The translations under genes and the position numbers were made by a program. From Euryarchaeota archaeon UBA52 (GTDB taxonomy: Archaea > Thermoplasmatota > Poseidoniia > Poseidoniales > Thalassarchaeaceae): DNA of 64,000 nucleotides. Shown here in pieces: positions 28,788 through 38,382 of the stretch; position 1 is the first letter of the stretch; each line of letters starts with the position of its first letter. The stretch spans positions 11,710 through 75,709 of the forward strand of contig DAVB01000055.1 in NCBI GenBank assembly GCA_002505455.1, given 5' to 3'. Below the pieces are notes generated by a model. The model worked only from the letters and a program-made list of their open reading frames with translations, was not told the origin of the DNA and searched no databases.

Positions 28788-30384
28788 TATAGCGCTGTTC
28801 TTCGTTCTCCTCAAACGGGTGTTGGCCTACATTCACCTGATACGCTATTCCTAACCAAGTTCCATCCGGGGAAGTCACTGTCTCGAAGAAATCGTGCAAG
28901 GCGTGTACATCCCCTTGAGACTCCTCGTATGCAGTGATCGTGTGCAGGGGTTCGGGGTCGGCTATGGTGAACGGCCATGTATCGTTGACTTGAGGGGATT
29001 GAACTGCACCAGCGTACAGGAACCACTCTTTGCCCTCGACATAACCGTCATCGCCGCCCCACTGATCATAATCCAGGCCATAGAATGCAAGGGTGACGAC
29101 ATCCCCCTCCGTGATTGAGATGAAGGGATACATCGAGATCCCCCGGAATGACTGGACCTCCCACGAATCCGACCAATTGCTCCCATTGTCGTAAGATATG
29201 GCGAAGCGCATCTTCCAGGGATCGGTATCCGATCCAGGGCAGTCGGCCCAAGCTACTGCGACTGTCCCCTTCTCGTTGTTGTTGACCACGGGGTATCCCT
29301 CTGGGCAATTCCCATTTCTCGGGCCGACTTCGACGGGATCCTGCCAGGTTCCATCGCCGGGACCCGGGCCTGTTCCCCTGCCGTAGTCCTCAGATATCCG
29401 CACATGTACGTATCCGGAGTCTGTATCTGCATTTTCCTGTGCGACAAAAACATAGGGGCCTGCCCGTTGTGACGAGATTGTTGACCAGCCCCCAGGCATT
29501 GAGTAGCACTGGCTGAATGATGCGCCGCCGTCTTCGGAATGGTAGTACCAGTATCTCCCGGAGTCCCCGCTGCACTCCGGGGGGGATGCTCCTGAGTTGC
29601 CCAGGTAGTGGATGATTCCATCACCCTGGGCAGCCACCCAGGGCCGATCGTCAGCAGCCATGGTGTTCATTCTCTGACATGGCCCATCCTCGTAACTGGT
29701 ACCGTTGTCCGAAAACCGATGCCACCAGTTATCCTCCAGAGTGGTGTCGAGATAATAGACGACATCGTATGCATCTACCGATATATCGCCCTCATCGCCC
29801 AAGCACTCGGAGGCCCCCCCAGCGTAATTGGCAAGCAGCATATTGCCGGGGGTGGGTGCAAACTGATCGCCATGATCCCATGTAGCTCCGCCATCGCTGC
29901 TCGCCCAGAACCAGCTGGCCCAGTAATCCCAGGTTGTGTCTGCCCCATCAGTGCAGGCCCACCATGGGCCCGGATCATCCGGATCGAGGATTATCGGCAC
30001 AGGGGAGTCCTCGCCGCCCCATCTGAGATCCTTGTGGGCTGTGATGTACATGCTGCCGTCACTGGTGATGGATATCGATGGCTCATATCCAACGCCAAAC
30101 CCCTCGTAACCGGGGTCTTGACCGTTGTTTGGGTCTATGCACTCCTCATGCCTCGGCATGAATACGGACTCGCCCCATGAAATCTGAATTGAAGGTTCAT
30201 CGGCATCAGGAGATGATTCAGTGACGTCATTAACTATCCACGAATAGAGGGGCACGGCGAGTAGCAAGATCACGATGAACGCAAGAGCGGTGTCCAAGAT
30301 GAGGAACTCGACGATGTCCTCGAATTTCCTTCTTTCCTTCACATTGTCATCAAAGGGCGGACTGCCTTGAATATCACCCTCCAT
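28753..30384 (-). CDS. Membrane-anchored Asp-box (BNR/sialidase-like) beta-propeller protein
   Basis: N-terminal TM; Asp boxes SSDGGATW, SDNGTSY, SEDGGASF, SEDYG, SYDNGSNW; Cys pairs. Confidence 0.75.
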   Translation of the reverse strand: MEGDIQGSPPFDDNVKERRKFEDIVEFLILDTALAFIVILLLAVPLYSWIVNDVTESSPDADEPSIQISWGESVFMPRHEECIDPNNGQDPGYEGFGVGYEPSISITSDGSMYITAHKDLRWGGEDSPVPIILDPDDPGPWWACTDGADTTWDYWASWFWASSDGGATWDHGDQFAPTPGNMLLANYAGGASECLGDEGDISVDAYDVVYYLDTTLEDNWWHRFSDNGTSYEDGPCQRMNTMAADDRPWVAAQGDGIIHYLGNSGASPPECSGDSGRYWYYHSEDGGASFSQCYSMPGGWSTISSQRAGPYVFVAQENADTDSGYVHVRISEDYGRGTGPGPGDGTWQDPVEVGPRNGNCPEGYPVVNNNEKGTVAVAWADCPGSDTDPWKMRFAISYDNGSNWSDSWEVQSFRGISMYPFISITEGDVVTLAFYGLDYDQWGGDDGYVEGKEWFLYAGAVQSPQVNDTWPFTIADPEPLHTITAYEESQGDVHALHDFFETVTSPDGTWLGIAYQVNVGQHPFEENEEQRYIKFVRGEFDHP

Positions 30385-30454
30385 CGTGTCAGCACGTGAG
30401 GTGTTTCTTCATAGTGCTGAGCATTGATTCCCGGGATTCGCGTCTGTAGAACGA

Positions 30455-30709
30455 TTATTGATTTGTATCGGGCGGTTTCCAAAGATTTGGCCATCGCCTC
30501 TTGATGTGCCTGAATATGATTCGACTCAGAATCATCGAGAATAATAGGAATAAGACCGACGTCCACCAAGGAGTCTCGTCATTGGTCGCTAGGAACCATG
30601 TGATTCCGAGAATTGCTGCACCATAGAAGGCTCGGAAAATCGAGAAGATCAGAAAACCTCGAAGAAAAGAGTTTGCTAGGATCTTAGAAATGAAGGATTC
30701 ACCGCCCAC
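30455..30709 (-). CDS. Small hypothetical membrane protein (2 TM); start uncertain
   Basis: Hydrophobic helices with a basic C terminus; probable GTG start near 30709. Confidence 0.55.
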   Translation of the reverse strand: MGGESFISKILANSFLRGFLIFSIFRAFYGAAILGITWFLATNDETPWWTSVLFLLFSMILSRIIFRHIKRRWPNLWKPPDTNQ

Positions 30710-30795
30710 GATCAAATCGAAGGGGGCCAGGTGCATGAGAATGGTGGTCTCATCACATTCGATACGGTGATGTGCATGTTCCACATGCAATCGAC

Positions 30796-31221
30796 ATGAG
30801 TGACGTATCTCCTCCTGCTTCTTCTCCTGCTGTGAGGAAGACGATGCAAGGCAATCGAAGCCGGGATACGAAGCCTGAGCTGGCTGTTCGCCGGATGCTT
30901 AGAGGTGCGGGTTTCCCCGGATACAGGATTCATTGGAGGATCGATGACTCAGAAGGGCGATACATATGTCGTCCCGACATCTGTTATCCTGGAAGGAAAA
31001 TTGCGATATTCGTCCATGGATGCTTCTGGCACCGGTGTCCGAATTGCAAACCCTCTATGCCGAAAACGAATGTCGAATACTGGAGGCCTAAGTTTGAGCG
31101 AAATGTGGAGCGAGATAGATCGAAACATGAAAGATTGGTCAATCTTGGATGGGATGTGAGGACCATCTGGGAATGTGAACTGGAAAATGTAGATGCCAAG
31201 AGTATGATGAACAAGGATTGA
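30796..31221 (+). CDS. vsr: Very-short-patch repair endonuclease
   Basis: M....SRDTKPEL.VR..L...G..GYR, PDI, FVHGCFWH, YW..K..RNV.RD, LGW.V..IWEC. Confidence 0.93.
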   Translation: MSDVSPPASSPAVRKTMQGNRSRDTKPELAVRRMLRGAGFPGYRIHWRIDDSEGRYICRPDICYPGRKIAIFVHGCFWHRCPNCKPSMPKTNVEYWRPKFERNVERDRSKHERLVNLGWDVRTIWECELENVDAKSMMNKD

Positions 31222-31229
31222 GATTTAAT

Positions 31230-31264
31230 TCGAAGTACTAAACATTCAGTAGGCGCTACTTCGA
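31230..31264. terminator. 8-bp inverted repeat between convergent vsr and the BCCP gene
   Basis: TCGAAGTA-N19-TACTTCGA. Confidence 0.3.
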
Positions 31265-31294
31265 CATTCCTTGCTCATCTGTGGGAGGATTTTC

Positions 31295-31822
31295 TCAGCC
31301 TGGATCGGATGATATGGAGGCGTCTTGAGGTGTGATTGAAATCAGAATCTCGCCCATGTCGACTCTATCGCCTTCCGTGAAGTAGATGGAAGACACCTTT
31401 CCCGACTCTGGTGCGGTTATCTGGTGCTCCATCTTCATGGCTTCGAGGATCATCATCGGTTGGCCCTCACGCACTCGGTGTCCAGTTTTCACGAGGACTT
31501 CCCTGACTGTGCCTGGCATAGGAGCTGTGAGACCGCCTACACCTATGTCTGATGAGGTCGAGTCTTGACTCCTTTCTCGAACGACGTGAGTATTCCCTTC
31601 AAGCGATACCCACCACGCGTCTCCAACCTTTGTGACATCTGCTCGATACATTCTCCCAAGGCTCTCGATGATGACTGATCCGCGTGATTCGTCATATCTG
31701 ATCGAGAAGTCCTGATTCACTTCGACATCTTCGGCTTGTAATCGGTCGACGAACAGGTTGTTCTTCTCAGAACGTAGTCTCACTGACCATGTTTTGTCAT
31801 CTCCGTCAATCTTCCAATCCAT
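31295..31822 (-). CDS. Biotin carboxyl carrier protein with N-terminal BT-like domain
   Basis: APMPG...EAMKME biotinylation motif. Confidence 0.93.
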   Translation of the reverse strand: MDWKIDGDDKTWSVRLRSEKNNLFVDRLQAEDVEVNQDFSIRYDESRGSVIIESLGRMYRADVTKVGDAWWVSLEGNTHVVRERSQDSTSSDIGVGGLTAPMPGTVREVLVKTGHRVREGQPMMILEAMKMEHQITAPESGKVSSIYFTEGDRVDMGEILISITPQDASISSDPG

Positions 31823-31831
31823 TCCATCACC

Positions 31832-33385
31832 TCATGGGAAATTGCGAGACAGAGTTCGGAAAGGGTCTCCGAAGTGACCTGTGTGCTGATCAACAATGGA
31901 TGGAGCGCTTGTAACTGCTGCTCTATGGAGACCGAGGCGCTCTGCTGCTGATGCTATCACGGACAGCATGCCCTTGACCGGTTCCTCGGGCCGGGCCGGG
32001 AGGTCCAAGTCATCGAGGTGGTCAGTCGTAACACCCGGTCCAGAGAAAGTGTCGGAAACCAACATCTCCCTACAAAAAGCGATATTCGAACGAACTCCGT
32101 GCAGGATGATTTGGGATAGAGCCTGATCTAGTCTCCTGATTGCCGATGCGCGGTCGGGTGCATGGACTATGACCTTGGCAAGCATCGGATCGAATGCGGT
32201 GGTCACTTCGTCCCCCGTCCGTACGCCTGTGTCGACTCTTATGCCCGGCCCATCAGGCATCTCGAAGCGGGCTATGGGGCCTATGGATGGCAAGAATCCG
32301 GAAGATGGGTCTTCAGCGTACAGACGCGCCTCCATAGCGTGGCCTGAGATTCCCACTTCGGCCTGTTTTATTGGAAGAGGGAGCCCGGCTGCAACTGAAA
32401 ATTGCATGTGGACAAGATCTAGGCCTGTGATGAGTTCAGTAACAGGGTGCTCAACCTGAAGCCTCGTATTCATCTCTAGGAAGTAAAATTCGTCCCTGTC
32501 CGATAGGAGGAACTCGACAGTTCCTGCGCCCTCGTAATCAACCGCGCGAGCTGCTTGTACCGCCGCCTCTCCCATCAGAGATCTCAGACGAGGGGTTACT
32601 GCTGGGGATGGCGCTTCTTCTATCACCTTCTGATGTCTCCTCTGAAGAGAGCAATCTCGCTCATTAAGATGGATTGCGTTTCCATGACGATCTGCGAATA
32701 TCTGGATCTCGATGTGCCTTGCCCTCCTAAGGAGGCGCTCGACATACACGGTTCCATCACCGAAGGCTGCAGTGGCCTCTCTTGAAGCTGCATCATACTC
32801 TGTTCGGAGACGCTTGGGCTCCTCGACCATGCGCATGCCCTTGCCGCCTCCTCCTGCACTTGCCTTGAGGAGGAGCGGGTAGCCCACTTCTGCTGCAGCG
32901 GCGGCTAGTTGAGGCAGGGGGTCTTCGTCATCTGAGACTTCGATTGATTTACCGGGGATAACAGGTACCGAGGCATTGACCATCGCCTCTCTTGCCCTTA
33001 TTTTGTCTCCCATGGTTCGAATAGCATCCGCAGATGGCCCAATCCACACTAATCCTGATTCAGTCACCTTATCGGCGAATTCTGGTCTTTCAGAAAGGAA
33101 GCCGTATCCCGGGTGTATCGCATCCGCTCCGGATGCCTTTGCAGCATCCAGTATCGCATCTATCGAAAGGTAAGTGCTAGAGAGGTCCTCTCCTGGCAGC
33201 CTGATCTTTTGATCTGCGAAGTCGAGATGCATGGAATTGGAGTCCAGATCATTGTAAACCGCAACACCCCTCAGTCCGCATTCACGGACAGCTCTAAGCA
33301 CGCGGACTGCTATCTCGCCCCTGTTGGCAACGAGCACGCAGGTGAAGGGGGTGGTCGCCTCCATCATCCACCCCGGCATCTCCAT
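31832..33385 (-). CDS. Biotin carboxylase subunit (acyl-CoA carboxylase alpha, MCC-like)
   Basis: ANRGEIA, HPGYGFLSE, GGGGKGM, QRRHQKV.EEAP, EMNTRLQVEHPVTE. Confidence 0.95.
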   Translation of the reverse strand: MEMPGWMMEATTPFTCVLVANRGEIAVRVLRAVRECGLRGVAVYNDLDSNSMHLDFADQKIRLPGEDLSSTYLSIDAILDAAKASGADAIHPGYGFLSERPEFADKVTESGLVWIGPSADAIRTMGDKIRAREAMVNASVPVIPGKSIEVSDDEDPLPQLAAAAAEVGYPLLLKASAGGGGKGMRMVEEPKRLRTEYDAASREATAAFGDGTVYVERLLRRARHIEIQIFADRHGNAIHLNERDCSLQRRHQKVIEEAPSPAVTPRLRSLMGEAAVQAARAVDYEGAGTVEFLLSDRDEFYFLEMNTRLQVEHPVTELITGLDLVHMQFSVAAGLPLPIKQAEVGISGHAMEARLYAEDPSSGFLPSIGPIARFEMPDGPGIRVDTGVRTGDEVTTAFDPMLAKVIVHAPDRASAIRRLDQALSQIILHGVRSNIAFCREMLVSDTFSGPGVTTDHLDDLDLPARPEEPVKGMLSVIASAAERLGLHRAAVTSAPSIVDQHTGHFGDPFRTLSRNFP

Positions 33386-33437
33386 GTTTCCCCCACATCA
33401 GATGCATTCATTGAATTGTTGCTAGGTTTGTCATCGA

Positions 33438-34289
33438 TTACAAGACAATCTCGTCGCCTTCCGTGGCTATCGACCAACCCATCAGGTCTTCTGTGACATC
33501 GATCTTGCTCAATGCCCTATTGGAATGATTGAGATGTATGAATCGTATATCTGGGTCGTCTTCCTTTCTAGGGCCCAATCTCCTGATTGATTCGAGAATC
33601 GGCGGATGAGGAATGGAATTTTGGCGTGGCAGGTCATCAGAACTCCAAAATGTTCCATCCATGAGAACGACATCTGCCTGCATGCTGGAAATCCATTCTC
33701 TGATCGAATCGTACCCGACCTGTGCCAGAGTGCTGGTCCAATGGTCGTGATCCGGCAGGTGGAGCAGCGAGCGATTTGGTCCGCGCAATAGGAAGGCATG
33801 CGTATCGCTCCACTCGTCTCGATGTGGTACTTTTATGGGCACCAATGAGAGATTATCCGATATCTGGATCTCATGTCCTGAGTTGAATTGTTTCTTGATG
33901 AATACCCGTTGATTGAGGAGTGCGTTCCAGAGCGGTGTTTCGTGGATCAAGTGGAACATGGATTCACTGGCGTGGAGTCGGATCCCTCTGGAAGCCATTG
34001 CCTCCCTGCCGAATAGCCCAAGTCCGTCAATATGGCCGAGATGGCCGTGAGTGATCCATACGTCAGATATCATCCGAGCGCTGTCATCTAACATCCTCGT
34101 CTGTCTGTCCAGATCACGTGTCACATCGATTAGGTGAAGTTCGTCTCCGTCCCTCACTGCGAGTGATGTTGGAGATAGCTGTCGTCCTTCTTCCGAGAAT
34201 CGTTTGCAGGTGTCACACAAACATCCTGGGTGGGGGACTCCACCATCTTGGGCTATGCCGAGAATGGTTACGACTATTCTCTCAGACAT
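33438..34289 (-). CDS. PqqB-like metallo-beta-lactamase-fold protein
   Basis: LGIAQDGG.PH.GC.C..C, THGHLGHIDG, VPHRDE.SDT, DGTF, HP, IHLNHSN. Confidence 0.85.
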   Translation of the reverse strand: MSERIVVTILGIAQDGGVPHPGCLCDTCKRFSEEGRQLSPTSLAVRDGDELHLIDVTRDLDRQTRMLDDSARMISDVWITHGHLGHIDGLGLFGREAMASRGIRLHASESMFHLIHETPLWNALLNQRVFIKKQFNSGHEIQISDNLSLVPIKVPHRDEWSDTHAFLLRGPNRSLLHLPDHDHWTSTLAQVGYDSIREWISSMQADVVLMDGTFWSSDDLPRQNSIPHPPILESIRRLGPRKEDDPDIRFIHLNHSNRALSKIDVTEDLMGWSIATEGDEIVL

Positions 34290-34324
34290 ACTGCTACACC
34301 TGATCGAGGGCGATTGCCCGTAAT

Positions 34325-35140
34325 CTAACTCCTCCAATCCGGATCTCTTTTTTCAAGGAACGCTGAGAGTCCTTCCTGCCCCTCAGGAGAGCCTCTCATC
34401 TCGCTGGTTAGATCAAGCGTATAATCACGTAGATCTTCATCACTGCCCGTCCATCTATCGAATGTAGAAGTGAGTGCCTTGGCCTTCGAAACCGCGATTG
34501 GGGCCGTCGTGAGGATGTCGTCTGCCACTATTCCTGCCGCATTATCAAAATCAGACGTCGAATCTACGATTTCATCGACGAAGCCTATCCTGAGAGCCTC
34601 ATTGGCGTCTATTCTTGAAGCACGCATGGAAAGACGTCTGAAATTAGCGCTTCCGAGGCGGCGATAGACGTAGGGACCGATGACGGCGGGTAGGATCCCT
34701 AGCTTGGCTTCCGATAACGCGATCCTAGTTCTTGGTTCTGCGATCGTGTGGTCCAAGCAAGCTACGAGTCCGGCTCCCCCACCGAGCGCTACACCCTGTA
34801 TGCAGCCAATTGTGAAGCATGGGTGCGACCACAGACCATGGAAAAGTCTGTCGAGTCTTGCCGAATCCTCGCGGTTCTGTGAGGGGGACTTGGAACCTGC
34901 ATCCCGCATCATCTGGATGTCAGCCCCTGCACAGAAGTGCTTCCCCTCTCCGCGAATATGGAGTATCCTCAGATTGCCGCCCTCGGGGACCGAGTTCGCG
35001 CGTGTCCAATCTAGAAGCTCGCACATCTCCTCAATCAGTCGGATGCTCAGGGCATTGAGCGCATCCGTTCTTTGAAGGGTTATTGTGGCTTGCTGGCCTT
35101 TTATTTCAAGCGAACATAGTTCTGTTTCCGGTTCTTGCAT
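34325..35140 (-). CDS. Enoyl-CoA hydratase family (methylglutaconyl-CoA hydratase-like)
   Basis: FCAGAD, ALGGG.GL..C.D, LSEAKLGILPAVIGPYV, EGQEGL.AFLEKR; adjacent to the MCC beta gene. Confidence 0.88.
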   Translation of the reverse strand: MQEPETELCSLEIKGQQATITLQRTDALNALSIRLIEEMCELLDWTRANSVPEGGNLRILHIRGEGKHFCAGADIQMMRDAGSKSPSQNREDSARLDRLFHGLWSHPCFTIGCIQGVALGGGAGLVACLDHTIAEPRTRIALSEAKLGILPAVIGPYVYRRLGSANFRRLSMRASRIDANEALRIGFVDEIVDSTSDFDNAAGIVADDILTTAPIAVSKAKALTSTFDRWTGSDEDLRDYTLDLTSEMRGSPEGQEGLSAFLEKRDPDWRS

Positions 35141-35144
35141 CTAA

Positions 35145-36755
35145 TCACATCCTGAAAACGCCATAGCGCTGATCGGGGAAGGGGGAGTTGAGGCTTGCAG
35201 AGATGCATAGGCCGAGTATGTCTCGCGTATCTCTCGGATCGATGACTCCGTCATCCCAAAGACGCGCTGTGGAGTAATACGGGCTCCCTTCAGTCTCATA
35301 CTTCTCCAGAATCGGTGATCTGAATTCATCTCTCTGCTCTTCGCTCATCGGTTCTTCTCCCTGTCTGGACCTCTGGTCTTCCTTCACTGTAGCAAGCACA
35401 TCAGCAGCCTGAGGGCCCCCCATGACCGATATACGCGCATTAGGCCACATAAACAGGAATCTTGGATCATAGGCACGGCCGCACATCCCGTAATTGCCTG
35501 CTCCGTGACTGCCTCCGATGATTATCGTGAATTTTGGGACGGGAACGCAGGAGACGGCGGTTACCAGTTTGGCGCCGTCCTTCGCTATGCCCCCGGCCTC
35601 TGCATCCCTACCGACCATGAATCCGGATATGTTCTGGAGGAATATGAGGGGGGTGCCCCTCTGACCGCACAATTCGACGAAGTGCGCACCCTTCAGAGAA
35701 GAGTCGGAGAACAAGATCCCGTTGTTTGCGACGATACCGACGGGGTAACCGTGGATATGCGCAAATCCACAGACAAGGGTGGTTCCATATCTTGGCTTGA
35801 ACTCGTGGAATCTCGAACCATCGACTATCCTCGCGATGACTTCCCTCACATCGAATGGAGTTCGATTGTCTTCGGGAATGATGCCAAGAAGGTCTTCTGC
35901 ATCATGGGCAGGGGGTTCGACGGGACGGGTGTCTAGACGCTTTTTTGGCTCTATATTGAGATGCTCCACGATATTCCTCACCATGTGGAGGGCCTCGTCC
36001 TCATCCTCGGCATAATGGTCAGCGACTCCGGATTCACGGGTGTGTAAGTCGGCTCCGCCCAGATTCTCGGAGCTGACTTCCTCGCCCGTAGCGGCTTTGA
36101 CGAGTGGCGGTCCAGCGAGAAAAATTGTTCCATTTCCCTTCACGATGATCGATTCGTCGCTCATTGCGGGGATGTACGCTCCTCCAGCGGTGCAAGAGCC
36201 GAGTACGGCTGCTATCTGGGGTATTCCTTTGCTTGAGAGAATGGCCTGATTGCGGAAAATTCGGCCGAAGTGGTCTCTGTCGGGAAATACTTCGTCCTGC
36301 ATGGGGAGGAATGCGCCGCCAGAATCGACCAAGTATATGCAGGGAAGGCCATTTGCCTCTGCGATCTCCTGCGCGCGAACGTGTTTCTTCACGGTCATCG
36401 GGTAATACGATCCGCCTTTCACAGTGGCATCATTAGCCACAAAAAGGCATTCTCGCTCGTTGACTACGCCTATCCCTGTGATGATGCCCGCCGAATATGC
36501 TCGGCCATCGTAGAGGCCGTCTGCGGCGAGGGAAGAGAGTTCGAGGAACGGGGTACCAGGGTCACATATCTCTGCTATTCGTTCTCTGGGCAGGCGCTTG
36601 CCCCTCCCCCTGTGGAGCGACACAGCACGTTCACTGCCGCCCTGCATGGCTGCATCGATTCTCTCACGAAGCTCCTGTATGAGGGCGGAATTGCGCTCAG
36701 AACGTGATATCCACGCCTCATCGCCGCGATTCACGCGCGTCCGCAGCTTTGTCAT
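35145..36755 (-). CDS. Methylcrotonyl-CoA carboxylase beta (carboxyltransferase) subunit
   Basis: [63 protein letters not shown]. Confidence 0.92.
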   Translation of the reverse strand: MTKLRTRVNRGDEAWISRSERNSALIQELRERIDAAMQGGSERAVSLHRGRGKRLPRERIAEICDPGTPFLELSSLAADGLYDGRAYSAGIITGIGVVNERECLFVANDATVKGGSYYPMTVKKHVRAQEIAEANGLPCIYLVDSGGAFLPMQDEVFPDRDHFGRIFRNQAILSSKGIPQIAAVLGSCTAGGAYIPAMSDESIIVKGNGTIFLAGPPLVKAATGEEVSSENLGGADLHTRESGVADHYAEDEDEALHMVRNIVEHLNIEPKKRLDTRPVEPPAHDAEDLLGIIPEDNRTPFDVREVIARIVDGSRFHEFKPRYGTTLVCGFAHIHGYPVGIVANNGILFSDSSLKGAHFVELCGQRGTPLIFLQNISGFMVGRDAEAGGIAKDGAKLVTAVSCVPVPKFTIIIGGSHGAGNYGMCGRAYDPRFLFMWPNARISVMGGPQAADVLATVKEDQRSRQGEEPMSEEQRDEFRSPILEKYETEGSPYYSTARLWDDGVIDPRDTRDILGLCISASLNSPFPDQRYGVFRM

Positions 36756-36827
36756 GCGACCTTGTGAGGGGGCTTGTGAACTTGAATGCCCCGAAGGATT
36801 CACACATCAGACCTCGTCTCGAAAGGC

Positions 36828-37070
36828 ATGGTCGGCGATTCAGACGGTAAGCGGCAGTACACTGAAGACGACATAGGGATATTTGTGACGTTGGTTCGCG
36901 ACGATGGCACCTATGTGGAGGCTGAGATCGTGCGTGTTTTCTGTCCAGTGTGTGGCGAGGAGTTCATCGGCACCAAGCGTGATGCAGGTGGTTTCATAGC
37001 TGGCCATAGGGCCTATCATGAGCATGAAAATATGAGCGACTTGATTGCTGAGTCGATGGGCGGAGTCTGA
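36828..37070 (+). CDS. Small C2H2-type zinc-finger hypothetical protein
   Basis: CPVCGEEF...H...H; ATG at 36828; fills the gap between flanking genes. Confidence 0.75.
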   Translation: MVGDSDGKRQYTEDDIGIFVTLVRDDGTYVEAEIVRVFCPVCGEEFIGTKRDAGGFIAGHRAYHEHENMSDLIAESMGGV

Positions 37071-37078
37071 CAATCTGG

Positions 37079-38338
37079 CTACTCGTATGCCCATTCTCCC
37101 TTTCGCATGACCGGGGTTCTGCTGCCATCTTTCGAGATTCCATCGATGTCGAGCTCTTCTGATCCAATCATCCAATCAACATGGATGTTGGACGTATTTC
37201 CGCCTGCTTTGGAGACTGATTCGGGATCATCCCCTATATCTCCTCTGAAGCACTTGGAATAACACTGGCCGAGTGCGATGTGGCATGATGCATTCTCATC
37301 GTATAGCGTATTGAAGAAAAGGAGGCCTGAGGCGCTTATTGGAGAGGAATGGGGGACAAGCGCGACTTCGCCGAGCCTTCTTGCGCCGTCATCCGTGTCA
37401 AGTAGCTTTAGGAATACTTCTTGCCCCTTTTCCGCTCTTGCTTCGATGATCTTTCCAGCCTCGAACCTCACCTCTATCCCATCGATGAGTGTCCCTCGGT
37501 ACACCAATGGTTTCGAGGCCCTCGCAGTACCCTCAACCCGATCTGAGTGAGGCGTTGTGAAGACTTCCTCAGTAGGGATATTCGGCGTGCATTCGATCCC
37601 GTTCTTGGCGGTGCTCGCCCCGCCCTTCCATGCATGCCCGTCTGCTAGACCTATGGTCAGATCAGTCCCAGGGGCTTTGTAGTGGAGAGAGTGGAAATCT
37701 TGCTCGTTCAGCCATTCTTGCCTTTTCGTTAGGATCTCCTGATGTGATTTCCAAGCAGCTATCGGATCCTCGTTATCAATCCTCGATATTGAGAATATGG
37801 CCTCAGCCAGAGCGGCGACGGCCTCGTCATCACCCATATCCGGGAAGACTTGCTTGGCCCATGCAAGACCGGGGTAGGACACTATGTTCCAATTGGTGGA
37901 GAAATTTGTGATTCGCTCCATAGCAGGTTTTGAAGCCAGAGACATCGACTTTCCGGCCCTCGCAACTCTGGAGGGGTCTTGTCCAGCGAGTAAGAGGGGG
38001 TTGGCTGCCGAAATAGCGAGTCTTGCGGTATTGTTGTCGAATGCCTCGGCCATGGCCCTGAACATCCAGTCTGGCGCTCTGTCCAGACTCTCGTCGGATG
38101 CGTTCTCATATCGAGCTAGGGCCAGATCGTCATCGGAGAGCATGGTTGTCACAATGCCTGCTCCATTTCTGTACGCCTCGGCTGCCAGCCTTCTGACGAG
38201 TGGGAGTGCTTCCACTGGTGCTGTAATGATTAGATCCTGTCCTGGTTGCAAGTTCAGGCCGACTCTTATCGAAACTTCAGCGAGACGGTCCAGCATCTCC
38301 GCTTCAAAGGGTAATTCGTCATCTGGGAGTACGTTCAT
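37079..38338 (-). CDS. Aminopeptidase T/II (M29 family)
   Basis: VGLNLQPGQ, PNIPTEEVFT.P, LGEVALV, LYDENASCH.ALG, SNIHVDWMIG; start moved to ATG 38338. Confidence 0.95.
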   Translation of the reverse strand: MNVLPDDELPFEAEMLDRLAEVSIRVGLNLQPGQDLIITAPVEALPLVRRLAAEAYRNGAGIVTTMLSDDDLALARYENASDESLDRAPDWMFRAMAEAFDNNTARLAISAANPLLLAGQDPSRVARAGKSMSLASKPAMERITNFSTNWNIVSYPGLAWAKQVFPDMGDDEAVAALAEAIFSISRIDNEDPIAAWKSHQEILTKRQEWLNEQDFHSLHYKAPGTDLTIGLADGHAWKGGASTAKNGIECTPNIPTEEVFTTPHSDRVEGTARASKPLVYRGTLIDGIEVRFEAGKIIEARAEKGQEVFLKLLDTDDGARRLGEVALVPHSSPISASGLLFFNTLYDENASCHIALGQCYSKCFRGDIGDDPESVSKAGGNTSNIHVDWMIGSEELDIDGISKDGSRTPVMRKGEWAYE

Positions 38339-38382
38339 GCTACTAGTTGACAGGATGTTGCGTTTGAATGTTTGAATTGGCC

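Noticed and set aside
30389..30420. 7-bp inverted repeat TCAGCAC-N18-GTGCTGA upstream of the propeller gene
   Set aside because: Too short to distinguish from chance without comparative data
33438..34289. PQQ biosynthesis operon
   Set aside because: Only a PqqB-like gene is present; no pqqA/C/D/E in the window
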